64,000 nucleotides of DNA from Mayamaea pseudoterrestris (Eukaryota): assembly GCA_027923505.1 (NCBI GenBank), contig BROI01000010.1:248001-312000 (forward strand). Reading direction: 5' to 3'. This document shows positions 35,156 to 46,045 of this stretch, piece by piece (the first letter of the stretch is position 1; every line of letters starts with the position of its first letter). The notes beneath the pieces are model-generated. The model was not told the DNA's origin, did no database searches, and worked only from the letters and a program-made list of their open reading frames with translations. A program made the translations under genes and the position numbers.

Positions 35156-36889
35156 ATGAATCTTGACACTACAATCGATGGAGCAGACGTCGAGTCTTTT
35201 GCCGACAATGAACGAGCAAGCAGCAGCTGCAGCGAAACCAAGTCTCGCACATTGGACGAGCGTGACACCAAGGATCAGTCGAAAGGCAAGTTGGCGAAAC
35301 AACCTTTAAACGCCGCCGCCGCTAGCATTCACAAGCGTGAACTGAGCATATTTTACTGGGTAATCTTGGCGGCATCGGTCTGGGTCATTGTCCCCGTGAT
35401 TGTGCCGATTTTGAGCTCGCTTCAAAACGAGCATGGAATATACAGCGGCGAGCATCAAAGTATGCAACCAAAAACAGCTTCATCAGCCTGCTGGCTGGGA
35501 GTACCACTATTGCGCGACTATGATGCATTCAGTATAGACGAATGGCTGAAAATGTTCAAGACTGACCTTGAGCAACGACGAAACGATCCGACCGACTCCC
35601 ATCCGTTGCATCGCACAATACTTGCCATGACGAGCGACGGGTCATTGCTTGCCATGAACTCTCCGGAATGGAAACGCGAGGTTCATGTCGTACAAACGCG
35701 CTTGGAAATAACCGAGATGCACAAGATTGTGCAGATTATCTCGTTGGACCTGGATTATAACGATTTTGTGATACGACTCAACCTTTCCGACGACGGCTCC
35801 ATGCTGATTGTGGAAACGATGCATCGTCGTCTCGATGTCTATCGAGTCCTTGACGGTTCCCACGTGGAAACGATTCGAAAGATTGATAACGACGACACTG
35901 ACGTCGCCCACCAGATTGGCCGCACCATGATGCAAAACAAGACCTTTCTTTCCTTTCTTTCTTACGAAACGTATGGCACCAACAAAGAGGAAAGAGACGA
36001 GTCGCTAGCGACAAAGCAAGTTTCGCAAACCTGCGGAAACCAATTTATCATGCAACTGGTCTACATGCGCAGTGATTCTTCCCGCGAATGGAACGACTGG
36101 GCATTGGCCTTGGCACAAGTGCAGACGTCAGTGAACAATTACGCAGCCTGCAATGGACCATTGACTGTTACCTCCTCCAAGGATGGGTCCACCATTGCTT
36201 GGCTACTTGGAGAAGGTGACAATAGCAACAAGAGGAGAAATCCTTTTATAACCAGTCCTTTCGTAATCAGTCGCAATGTGCCGTTGCTCCACATTGTGCG
36301 TCGTCTTGACTTTGACAAGCCTCCGCCCATTGACCAAGGCTCCATGGTATCGCCCAACAGCACTCAGCAAATCATTCAACTCGTCAACGCCAATGCCAAT
36401 TCCGGCAATGATGACGAACCATGCAATAGCTACACGTTTGCCATGGCGGCATCATCCAATGGAAGAAAATTGGTGGTGGCGGTGCAGTGCGCGAGTACTG
36501 AGGAGGCAGTACTCAAGGTGACGTTGCATTTGTTGACGCGCAACGAGCACCTTGGCGAATACAAGGAGCGGCAAACACCAATGGTGCGCCAGATTCAAAT
36601 ACTCGAAACGTTGGCACATTTACAAATGTCAGTGGAAATGTCGGGTGACGGCGATGTGGTAATGTTGACCGTGGATGGAGCGTGGCTCGAGGTCTGGAGC
36701 GGCAACGACTTGTGGAAACAACCAACGCGGAGTCGATCTAGTGTCCCCTACCAGCCACATGCAGCCATTTCGTCGGCGACATCTAAAAATGCAGACGCCA
36801 TTGTTTTGGCGACCATGGATGAGTCCACTGGAAGCGGCAGTGTTTGCCTGTTTCGAAAGCGGCCGCCAAAGTTCAAGCACGATCCTTGA
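35156..36889 (+). CDS. Type II membrane protein with beta-propeller-like repeats
   Basis: TM segment IFYWVILAASVWVIVPVIVPIL, then recurring SDGSLLA, SDDGSMLIV, SKDGSTIAW, SSNGRKLVV and SGDGDVVML blade-like motifs. Confidence 0.6.
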   Translation: MNLDTTIDGADVESFADNERASSSCSETKSRTLDERDTKDQSKGKLAKQPLNAAAASIHKRELSIFYWVILAASVWVIVPVIVPILSSLQNEHGIYSGEHQSMQPKTASSACWLGVPLLRDYDAFSIDEWLKMFKTDLEQRRNDPTDSHPLHRTILAMTSDGSLLAMNSPEWKREVHVVQTRLEITEMHKIVQIISLDLDYNDFVIRLNLSDDGSMLIVETMHRRLDVYRVLDGSHVETIRKIDNDDTDVAHQIGRTMMQNKTFLSFLSYETYGTNKEERDESLATKQVSQTCGNQFIMQLVYMRSDSSREWNDWALALAQVQTSVNNYAACNGPLTVTSSKDGSTIAWLLGEGDNSNKRRNPFITSPFVISRNVPLLHIVRRLDFDKPPPIDQGSMVSPNSTQQIIQLVNANANSGNDDEPCNSYTFAMAASSNGRKLVVAVQCASTEEAVLKVTLHLLTRNEHLGEYKERQTPMVRQIQILETLAHLQMSVEMSGDGDVVMLTVDGAWLEVWSGNDLWKQPTRSRSSVPYQPHAAISSATSKNADAIVLATMDESTGSGSVCLFRKRPPKFKHDP

Positions 36890-37435
36890 CTCTACTCTGT
36901 CCGCTGCCGCTACATATGTATGACATACATTACAACGTTGCATTTCTGTGTAAAGGAAAGGAGCGGGCTTTTTAGCAAAACTCAAAGTCAGCTTAGCCTG
37001 GCTCGCTCCGTCGCGTCTACCTCATAATTGTCGCTGGCTCTTGCGCCGTGCTTTGCTTGCAGGCCAACAATGGCGTCACCTCCGAGACGGTCAATATCAA
37101 CATTGAACTTCTACTACTAGCAATTGGTCTGCTTTATTGCCGTGTGTAGCGATCGTGCAATCGTTTGGCGAATCTTGATAGTACGGTAACTGAACATAGC
37201 TATGGTGTCGCAGCATCAATGGCGCACGCACGTCCATCCGTGAACGTATATTTTTGCGCGCCAGCCTTGCCGCTTCGAGCCACTCGCACTGATCGACCAT
37301 GGACCAAGCATTATCCAACATCGACGAGCAATCCGATATAGTTGTAAATCAACAACTGGAACAAGCGATTATTGTTTTCAAGGACGATTTATCGAGCATT
37401 CAATTGATTTATTTCCTGCTCGAGTCGTCGAACAT

Positions 37436-39190
37436 ATGAGTGGAGCCGCCGAAACTGCGACGAGCTGCAGCAGCCGCAAGCATGACGACTGCAACGACGA
37501 CGTTGCATCATCTGCAACCGCCATGGATCTCGACACTTCCGCGCCTGACGCAACCGAAACAACAATGACTGCAGTAGAAAATCCGCACGACTTGCTTGGA
37601 AAATGTGACGAACGATTCGTCTCCTGTATCGCAGTCAACGATCCTACTCCGCCCGCCTTTTTCAACGACTTGATGAAGCTGCAATCAACTTTTACTTTAG
37701 ATGCAAACGCAGAAACTCGCGATGTAACCATTCCAGCAAAGACGCCATGCATTCCATGCGATCTGCTCATGAATCATGCCGTGATTTATTGGCTCGAATC
37801 GGCGGAGCGTCTCGTGGAGGAGCGACGACGAAACATGCAGGCGGCAACGGCAAGCTTTGAAGCGTCATTACGCAATGCGACAGCTACTACAAATAATGCA
37901 ATGGCTACTCAGAATACCTCTGCTGCTGCTGCAACGAATTTTGCTTGTTCCCCTGCTTCTTGGCTGCGACGTTTGTTTTTGCAAGTTGGTCTGCGCCTGC
38001 ACTTTTATGCAACACATGGCGAAGCGTTTCTGCAAGCTTACGATATTCAGTTTAATATCAGCAGCAGCTGCAAGAAGAAGATGAACAACAAGAGTAAGAA
38101 CAAGAAGAAGACTGCTCGAAAGATCAAGACGAGCAAACTCACAAAAAACATTGCTAGCGCCGTTTCGCCGCGGCAGCTGCTACTTGACGACTTGATTTCC
38201 CTGCTGTCGTTGGCAACCTTTTGCCTCACCCCTAAGCGCACGATATTGCCCTTGACTGCGGAAATTGATGCGGATGGGTCAGCAGCAGTTGCATCGACGA
38301 GTCCTACGACCGTCGTTGACAATATCAAGGTGGATTCGAATAACAATATTATCAATGACAATGTTTCGTCAGCTCCACCAAGTAGCAACGTTGCTTCTGC
38401 CAATGCCGCACAAGATGTGATGTCGCCCGAGTCACTCTGGGAATTTTTGACGCACTGCATGGAGCAAGCATTGCCGACGGCCAAAAGTGTGGCAGTCGCG
38501 AGCTTGGTGCAGGAGCTGTACGACCACTTTGAACTGCAGAATCCACTTGCTGCTGCAGCTGACAATGACGGCAAATTGTCGCCACTGAAGCGAACGCGCA
38601 AGACTACTCGAGAGCGAAACGCTGCGAATGGTACAACTGAATCCGTATCCATGTCGGCATCGGTTGCTTCCGCCACCAAGTCAACCACATCGAGCTCCAA
38701 TGCTGATGCGGCCACGATTGACGACATGAGCTCGCATGCCTCTCTTCTACGTCTCGAAAGCCAAAAGGCACCTGATTTCAACAATAACAACATCAAGAAG
38801 AAGGCAAATCCGCTGCTGCAAGGATCGACGAAACGCTTCACGGGGAGTCACTTTCACACGGATTTGTCGAGCCATGCCTTTCAGCAGGTTGTCACGGCAC
38901 AATCCAAAGCGACATTGGCGAAATCAATGACAGGTGCACCAACACGATTTGCAGCAGCGGCGCGGTCGCAGCATCCAGCGTCGCGACAATCGCAGCAGCA
39001 CGAGACTAGCTACAACTCTGCGTCGTCCAAAGCTCGCGGCGGCGGCACTACCAATACTGCAGCTTTTACTCATGTACATCATAACAAAGCTCCACTGCCG
39101 CGAAACATTTTGGCACCAGCGACTCCCTGCAAACCAAGGAGCAAGCCGCGCAACGACTTTGTCGTGGCTGAAACGCCGCAGCGCAAGTAG
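37436..39190 (+). CDS. Probable divergent Sld3/Treslin (TICRR)-like replication initiation factor
   Basis: LFLQVGLRL...LLDDLISLL...LWEFL...LP...LQELY-like helices recall the Sld3/Treslin domain. Paired terminal CDK sites APATPCK and VVAETPQRK. Confidence 0.55.
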   Translation: MSGAAETATSCSSRKHDDCNDDVASSATAMDLDTSAPDATETTMTAVENPHDLLGKCDERFVSCIAVNDPTPPAFFNDLMKLQSTFTLDANAETRDVTIPAKTPCIPCDLLMNHAVIYWLESAERLVEERRRNMQAATASFEASLRNATATTNNAMATQNTSAAAATNFACSPASWLRRLFLQVGLRLHFYATHGEAFLQAYDIQFNISSSCKKKMNNKSKNKKKTARKIKTSKLTKNIASAVSPRQLLLDDLISLLSLATFCLTPKRTILPLTAEIDADGSAAVASTSPTTVVDNIKVDSNNNIINDNVSSAPPSSNVASANAAQDVMSPESLWEFLTHCMEQALPTAKSVAVASLVQELYDHFELQNPLAAAADNDGKLSPLKRTRKTTRERNAANGTTESVSMSASVASATKSTTSSSNADAATIDDMSSHASLLRLESQKAPDFNNNNIKKKANPLLQGSTKRFTGSHFHTDLSSHAFQQVVTAQSKATLAKSMTGAPTRFAAAARSQHPASRQSQQHETSYNSASSKARGGGTTNTAAFTHVHHNKAPLPRNILAPATPCKPRSKPRNDFVVAETPQRK

Positions 39191-39406
39191 TAAACTACAA
39201 AGGTGTGGGTGAGCTGCTGCCTACGAGTATACACTAAAACGTCAGTAACAAGCGCTTGCTACTATATTGACATGTATAGAAATAATCTGCGTATCTACTC
39301 GAATCGTATGCAGCTTGATCCAAAATGTTGGTTTGCATATATTAATGCTGTCATGATGGTGCAACGTCGCCACCAAGATTTGATTTCTCACAATCATGTA
39401 ATTTAT

Positions 39407-40990
39407 TTACTCATCCAAACACGCCTTTCGCAGTTTCTCCCTCTGCTCCGGCCCGAAGCCAATCCAGTCGCAGTATCCTTCCACACTGCCATACTCCTTG
39501 TCAATGGCCTCCAATGTTTCGCGCATGACACTCGCCGGCGCCCCCAGAAACGTTTTCGCATCCAAACTCCGCTGCGAGAGCGCCCCCACCATGGCCTTGT
39601 GGTCGTTCATTTCGGCGTACACATTGGCCGACAAGGAGTAATCCGTGACAATATCCTCTCGATTGACGCCGCACAGACTCAGTATGATTGCCGCAATCAT
39701 GCCGGTCCGATCCTTGCCCGCCGTGCAGTAGAATCCCACGGGATGTCGCTGCCGATCCGCACACAGCTCCAACACGTACTTGATTCCCGGCGCGCCGTAG
39801 CGCAGCAGCAGCTCGTTGAGCATGTTGAGTCCGCCGGCGTTGATTTTCGCCAGAAACGGTTCCTTGACGGAGGTGCGAATGCGACTCGACAGTAACGCCC
39901 CCGGCGATTTGATCATAGCGGCCAAGGTGTCGCGCTTGCGGACGCGGCCGAGCGTGCCCCTCACATACTTGAGCTCGTTCATCAGTGACACAAAGTGGCG
40001 CTCCCGGCGGTTCTTGAACGGCAGCTGCGAGGCCGGGACACTGAACTCGGGGTCGTCGCAGTCCAAGTCGCAGAGTACATCGGTACTGTCGGTGGAAGAA
40101 GCCGCAGTAGTACTAGGTGCATCTCCCGCTGCAGCTGCATCCGTCACGGTCGTTTCCAACGTATGTTCCGTCGCCGCCGCGGCCAAGGTCGCCATTTTTG
40201 GTTCATTCTCCATGATATCGATAATGGTCTTGTCCCGACTCTTGCTGTTACCATCTTGTTCCTTGTCGTTGCGACTCCAAAACGGCTCTTTCACGGGAAA
40301 TTCATCCGCCATGAGTTCGCGCACGCAGCCATTCATTTGCTTGTGAATCGTATTGCTCCGACTCGATTCCTTGTAGACGAGGCTGGTGAAATTGCCAAAC
40401 AAGTCGGACCGCATGATACCAGCGCGATCCTCCTTCCACTCGGTGAGCGACCGCAAATCAATGAGTGTTTGAAACTGCAAGTCATTCAATAGTATGTTTA
40501 CGTCATGTTCACTCGCGTCACTGACGCGGCCCATGCGAAAGAGGCGATTTGGTTGCACCTTGACGTTACTACTGCTATTTGTGGTAGCCGACGCCAAGTC
40601 GCGCGCGTTCTTCACTTGGGCAAAGGGTAAGTTGCGCGTCTTGCATAGTTTTTGAATATTGGAAGTCGCATCTGAGTCTGTAGTACTCATACTAGTACTA
40701 CTGCTACTTGCTGTACTCGTCACGGACGCTGCATCGGCGCTGGCAATCTTGGCCATGGGTGCGTCGCTGGCGGCGGCACTGGCGGCGGCGGAAAGGCTCC
40801 TCAGTGTAAATCCCCGACTATTGGAGCATCCTGCCGCCAACAGTAGGCGCGTCTTGCATGACAGCATCATGTTATTTCGTGGCGGCGATGGCTGAAAGCT
40901 TGTTACGGATATAATGACGACGAGCAATAGAATGGCCAATGGAAGGGAAAGGAAGAATCCAAGAGTCACACTGCGATTCAATGAACGCAT
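39407..40990 (-). CDS. IphP/PtpB-like tyrosine/lipid phosphatase (Y_phosphatase3 family), likely plastid-targeted
   Basis: NARDL, LFRMG, IDLRS..E, P-loop FYCTAGKDRTG and DYSLS; signal peptide ending in VTS-FQP. Confidence 0.85.
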   Translation of the reverse strand: MRSLNRSVTLGFFLSLPLAILLLVVIISVTSFQPSPPRNNMMLSCKTRLLLAAGCSNSRGFTLRSLSAAASAAASDAPMAKIASADAASVTSTASSSSTSMSTTDSDATSNIQKLCKTRNLPFAQVKNARDLASATTNSSSNVKVQPNRLFRMGRVSDASEHDVNILLNDLQFQTLIDLRSLTEWKEDRAGIMRSDLFGNFTSLVYKESSRSNTIHKQMNGCVRELMADEFPVKEPFWSRNDKEQDGNSKSRDKTIIDIMENEPKMATLAAAATEHTLETTVTDAAAAGDAPSTTAASSTDSTDVLCDLDCDDPEFSVPASQLPFKNRRERHFVSLMNELKYVRGTLGRVRKRDTLAAMIKSPGALLSSRIRTSVKEPFLAKINAGGLNMLNELLLRYGAPGIKYVLELCADRQRHPVGFYCTAGKDRTGMIAAIILSLCGVNREDIVTDYSLSANVYAEMNDHKAMVGALSQRSLDAKTFLGAPASVMRETLEAIDKEYGSVEGYCDWIGFGPEQREKLRKACLDE

Positions 40991-41558
40991 CCTTCGAAAA
41001 AATGGACCACAAGACAGCTTGATGCGCGGCGACTCCAGTAGCAATTAAAATTTAGTAACAACAAGGTAGCAATAATGCATGAATTGAAAGAATCGTCTAT
41101 GCTGCTTGCTGCATCAAGATTCATCGAGCGATGAGCGATGACGACGATCGTCGTTGACGACGACGATGAAACGTGTTCAGTGGTGGTGAGACATAGAGAG
41201 CTTTAGTTGGTGGCGAGTGCGCTGCGACAAAGAGCTAACGAGAAGGAGCAAAGAACGAAAGTTGGATGCGTTTCCGTCGCTTTAATATACGCGCTCACAA
41301 GTACGTTTGGCAAAAGGCGACGCTGCTACTCATCTATCTATACACGAAGAATGGATTGAGCCATTGCGAACTTGACAACCGTCAACGACCGTCACGGCGC
41401 AGGCGGTCGATGGATGCGTCGCCAAGCGAAATGACTCTTGCGTCTAACAAAAAAGTAAACATTGTCATGAACCACTATAGATCAACTTATACCTTTTATG
41501 ACACATGCAAGCTTTATTTCTCTCTCTCGTCCATCATTTTGCCTTGATATATTCATCA

Positions 41559-41930
41559 TTAACTCGTCGTTTTAAGAGCCACTTTCATTCCCAGCGCCTG
41601 ACAGTGCGCGTCGACGCTGCATCCAAAGTACCGCGTCTTGGTCGATCCAATGTGAATGACGCAGCGATGGACACTGGATCCGCACTTTTTAATCGCACTT
41701 CCAAAGTTGCATGACTGAAAGGCTGCTTGGTTGGGAAACTCGTAAACATTGTGGGTGCCGGACCACTGAAAGACGACAATGTCGCCTTTATTGACGCGCT
41801 TGGTTTGCGACACACCTGGTTGCCAGCGAATGGTGCGAGTCGTTGCCAGTGTCAGTGGAAGCTGCGTGGAGAGCAGCAACATGAACATCATGCAGATTAA
41901 AGGGAAGATTGAGCGTGTCTTGGACAACAT
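41559..41930 (-). CDS. Secreted phytocyanin/cupredoxin-like blue copper protein
   Basis: Signal peptide; GDIVVFQW..THNVY...FQSC; YFGCSVDAHCQALGMKV gives an H, C, H, M type-1 copper ligand set. Confidence 0.8.
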   Translation of the reverse strand: MLSKTRSIFPLICMMFMLLLSTQLPLTLATTRTIRWQPGVSQTKRVNKGDIVVFQWSGTHNVYEFPNQAAFQSCNFGSAIKKCGSSVHRCVIHIGSTKTRYFGCSVDAHCQALGMKVALKTTS

Positions 41931-42920
41931 GATGGTGACCTTTGCTTTAACCGGTGTGAAAGGAGAGACGAGATGATAATTTTGACTTGCAGAGCTTAAG
42001 TGCGGAAGCAAATGAACTTTGCGGAAGCTGGTGTTGTTGTGGTTTGAGCTCTCAAGCATCCACATAATACGGTCGGTTCGCATCCCTTGAGGGAACCATG
42101 GCAGTTCGCGCTCGCCAAATCATCCGAAGAGACTGCGACGTGGATTGGTACCGATACGATTCCAAGCATGAAGGGACGAAGAAGATGCTTTCATTGAAAG
42201 GATAATGGAGGCGGATAGTAACGAGTATCCCTTTTGAGCATGGACTTGGCAATGCCTTGATGTCGCAAATAGGAATTGCGCGGCGTGCCGCCAAGAATGG
42301 CGATGATTCAGTCGACCGCAATATGGTAGTCGACGGCAAAAAAGTCTATGATGCAAATCGCAGTAGACGCGCCTGTTGCAGCGTTGGCTCGAAAACATAC
42401 GGATGACCATTCCATGCCGCAGAAATGGACGAGGCGGGTGATGACGCCTTTGGTATTGCAGCAGTCATCGACCGTGACGAAGCCGCCTCTATTCTACAGG
42501 CGCGGCTGAGGCGCAGGCGGAAGCATACCATCTCCTCAAAAACAAAGGCATGCTGGTCGCGTCCTTGGTACTATACACTGGCTGGGCCGTCAAGATTGAC
42601 GTCGTTGCCGCCGACAAAGTTGCGGAAGGAATCGCGCCCGGGATGACGGCGCCATGGGGCAATAAAAACTCTTGTCACAAGTGACATTTTATTTTTTCGC
42701 ACGACTGCTTTGACACGACCACTTTCATTTTGGCGCCAAGGATCGGAACTCCTTCGCAACGCACGCGGTGTCACGTTGACGGCACGAACAGCCCTTCCAA
42801 TGGAATATTCGAAATGCCGACGGAGTTTGTTCACCTTGCGAGGAAGAACAAAATGTTAATGATCCAAGCATCTGCTGCAAACTAGCAAAACCAATATACA
42901 CTACCATTTCTTCTGCAGCC

Positions 42921-44789
42921 ATGCAAGACAAGGATATCATGCTAAATCGATCCATGCGTCACGCGAGTCGAGCAACGCAATTTCATTGTTCTGATGCCGC
43001 GTCCATGCCAAGTCAAACGTCATTGTCAAAGAGCGGAACAAGAGGAAGGCGACGGCGGAGGGGCCTCGTGTATAGCAGCTCAAGCTTGCGTATAGTCGCT
43101 GCCAATGCCTTGCTGCTCCTGCTGCTATCAACGAACAATGTCGTTGTCGCTTTTGCTTGGACCTCATTTTCGTCGCAACCGACGTTCCATGCCAAGTCAA
43201 GCATTTCATCAGCATTTACTCATCGTTTTGGAACGCAGCTACGAGTCGGAACAATGTTTGATGAGAATGAAGCAGACGCAGCCGCAAGACGACGAGGTTA
43301 CGCGCCGTTGGACTACGCGAGTCAGCAGGCGCCAGGCAGCAATGTTTTTGCATTTCCTTCCGACGCTTCGTCGTCGTCATTATTTCCAGTCATTTCCGCG
43401 TCACTGCTGCTGGCGAGCAACACGATTGGCGCCAGCTGCTTGGCGCTGCCGCAAGTGTGCGTTGGGGCTGGCGTTGGGCCCAGCATGATGCTCTTTCTGG
43501 GCGCTTACTTGTTGAATTGGGTGTCGGGCTTGTGCATTGCTTATGTTGCCATTCAGGCGCAGCAGGAATGCAACGACGAAACAATACAAGAAGGAGATTC
43601 ATCATTGACCGTTTCATCCTTTCGCGACTTGGCCCAGCACGAGCTTGGCGCCACTGGAGCAACCGTCGTGTCGTTGCTTTCCGTCTTGGTCAACGTGTGC
43701 GCCTTTACGTACGACGTTTCGCGCATGGGTCCTTTGGCGAAACACACCATCGAGTCAATCATGTTGCCAATGGAGAGTGTCATGTCGAGTACTTTTTCAC
43801 TAGAGTCACTGCAACCAGGACTCATGCTGACATGGACGGGTCTATTGGCGGTGTTGGTGGCGACGCAAACCAACCAGAAACTGTCCGTGCTGGCGTCCGT
43901 CAACGTTGCAGTCCTCTTGATTGCTTTTGCGTCCGTCTTGGTGGTGCCAGCAACGGGAGTCACGTTGGATACAGGAGGAGGACTTGATGCTGGTGGAGCC
44001 ATGCATGCTCATGCCGCCTTCGAATCCATGACGCAGCTTTCCGCCGCCGCGGAAACAACTGCACAATTACTCGACACTACCAATTCCATGTGGCAGGCGG
44101 CGCCAATCATTCTCATGGCCATGGTGTATCAAAACATTGTCCCCAGCATTGTCAAACTGCTCCACTACGATTGGCACAAGACGGTGGCGGCCATTTCCAT
44201 TGGATCCGCCCTTCCCCTGGTGCTGTACACGAGTTGGTGCGCTAAATGCTTGATGGCAAATGGCAGTGAAAGTGCCATGTTGAGCGGCGGCGGTGGCATG
44301 GCGGGATTGGTCTTGATCATCTTTTCCGTCGTGACAGTCACGGGCAGCTCGCTGGGAAGCATCATGAGTCTGTCCGAGGAGATTTCGCCCCATCTCAACA
44401 AGTCCACTGCTGCCGACGACGACGAGACGCGTGGAAATGGCAATGTCAGCCCGCCGGAACCAACGGCGAATGACAGATATTCAGCGTCATCCGTCATGTT
44501 GGCCGTTTGCGTTCCGCTTGGTGCCAACTTGATCATGGGTCAAGGCGCCGACTTTACGCCGGCACTGGCGCTGGCTGGATCCGTCGGTTCCCCCTTGCTG
44601 TATGGGGTGATTCCTGCCATGATGCTACACGCGCAGCATGAGCGGCATAAGCAATTGACTCGGACGCTCGACTGGAACGGCAGCGAAAGCAAGTCGCGCG
44701 ACAATGACCAATGGCCATCTATTGCAAAAGGCTTGCCACTGTTGGGCATTCTATCAATGGCTGCAGTGTTTGGTCTCGAGCATTTTTGA
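42921..44789 (+). CDS. Tryptophan/tyrosine (HAAAP, TyrP-like) permease, probably plastid-targeted
   Basis: NTIGASCLALP, YQNIVPSIV, GSALPLVLY, LYGVIPAMM, many TM helices and an N-terminal targeting extension. Start uncertain. Confidence 0.8.
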   Translation: MQDKDIMLNRSMRHASRATQFHCSDAASMPSQTSLSKSGTRGRRRRRGLVYSSSSLRIVAANALLLLLLSTNNVVVAFAWTSFSSQPTFHAKSSISSAFTHRFGTQLRVGTMFDENEADAAARRRGYAPLDYASQQAPGSNVFAFPSDASSSSLFPVISASLLLASNTIGASCLALPQVCVGAGVGPSMMLFLGAYLLNWVSGLCIAYVAIQAQQECNDETIQEGDSSLTVSSFRDLAQHELGATGATVVSLLSVLVNVCAFTYDVSRMGPLAKHTIESIMLPMESVMSSTFSLESLQPGLMLTWTGLLAVLVATQTNQKLSVLASVNVAVLLIAFASVLVVPATGVTLDTGGGLDAGGAMHAHAAFESMTQLSAAAETTAQLLDTTNSMWQAAPIILMAMVYQNIVPSIVKLLHYDWHKTVAAISIGSALPLVLYTSWCAKCLMANGSESAMLSGGGGMAGLVLIIFSVVTVTGSSLGSIMSLSEEISPHLNKSTAADDDETRGNGNVSPPEPTANDRYSASSVMLAVCVPLGANLIMGQGADFTPALALAGSVGSPLLYGVIPAMMLHAQHERHKQLTRTLDWNGSESKSRDNDQWPSIAKGLPLLGILSMAAVFGLEHF

Positions 44790-45118
44790 ATCTTTTCTCG
44801 ATATTGACAAGATGCGGTGACGTGAAGCAACATAGTAGTCTTTGCGTGTTGTACATACTATAACAGACAAATTTTGTACATGTGTTAAAGCGTTGCGTCC
44901 ACAAACACTAATATAACTTGTTTACTGTCGCCGACAACGTATGTCGGTGCCCGCAATAATTCCCCTCGCGTTGCAAGAAGACTACATCTCATCTTCATAT
45001 AACTAAATATACGAAAGATGGTAGTGTAACAAGGGTCAAAGATTGGATTATTTACCGTAATATACACAAAAAAGACCCACGGCTCAATCTCAAAGCTTTG
45101 TAGCATGAGAGAACCAAC

Positions 45119-46045
45119 TTAGAGCTGGGAGGTGACCGCGTCAACATGGTCGGCGACAACACCAAGGTTGACAAAGATTTCCTTCTCGTTGACTAATTCT
45201 TGGGCAACGATACCAGCCGCACCAAGCATGGCCAAGCGTCCGTTCTGGAGCTCCTTGGTCTGCATCTCGGCAAACTCCGCTGGGTCAGTGGGCTTGAGTC
45301 CAAAGGGGTCGAAGCCAACGTCACCTGGGTAGTAGTCAGGGTTGAGGAACTTGCCCGAGTCGAGGGCGTTGCTGGGGGCTCTCCATCCGCGAAGGGCGCG
45401 GTTCAACTCGAGTGTACCAATGGTAAAGGCAAGAATCTCAAAGAAGAATGGCGCCGCTTGACGGACAACGTCAAGGTGGCGAATGGAGGGGCCAATGTCG
45501 CGCGCGGCGCTTCCAAAGAGCGGATGGAACTTGAGCGGCTGCTCCGTGACAAGCATACCAACAGTGGCAAGCATGGCGACACGTCCGTGCTGGAGCTCAG
45601 CCTCACGGTACTCCTTCATCTTTTCAAGGCTAGCCGTTTGGGCAAAGCCAAGGGGGTCAAATCCTTCCGGAATGGGGTCAATGGCGCCTGGAAGACCATA
45701 GGCAAAGACGTTGTTGTCCGGGGACCATCCGTTCATGGACTTGGCAGAGTCGAGCTGCATGTTGGACTGGCCCTGTTTGTGTTGAGTTGTGATGATCAAG
45801 AGTGTGAGAGTTGGTCGGTGGTCCATAAGAAAAGCTAGGTCGTTGCTTGTCAGCAAATGTTTATACTCATGGACAGGTCAAAAGATCCTTGAAAGATTTG
45901 ATGGATCTTTTGGTCTGCTCGTTCATCACTCTTTCGATCGGCAGAGTCACGCAGTCTCTTTCGCTGCAACAGATTCACTTACATTCTTGGACGGAGCAAA
46001 GGCAGCGGCAGAGGCAATGAGGGAGGCGGCGAGAGCAAGCTTCAT
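45119..46045 (-). CDS. LHCX: Light-harvesting stress-related protein Lhcx (LI818 family); exons 45983-46045 and 45119-45772
   Basis: MKLALAASLIASAAAFAP signal; GTAAGT...AAACAG intron in phase 0; EAELQHGRVAML, FHPLF, YYPGDVGFDPFGLKP and TKELQNGRLAML. Confidence 0.92.
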
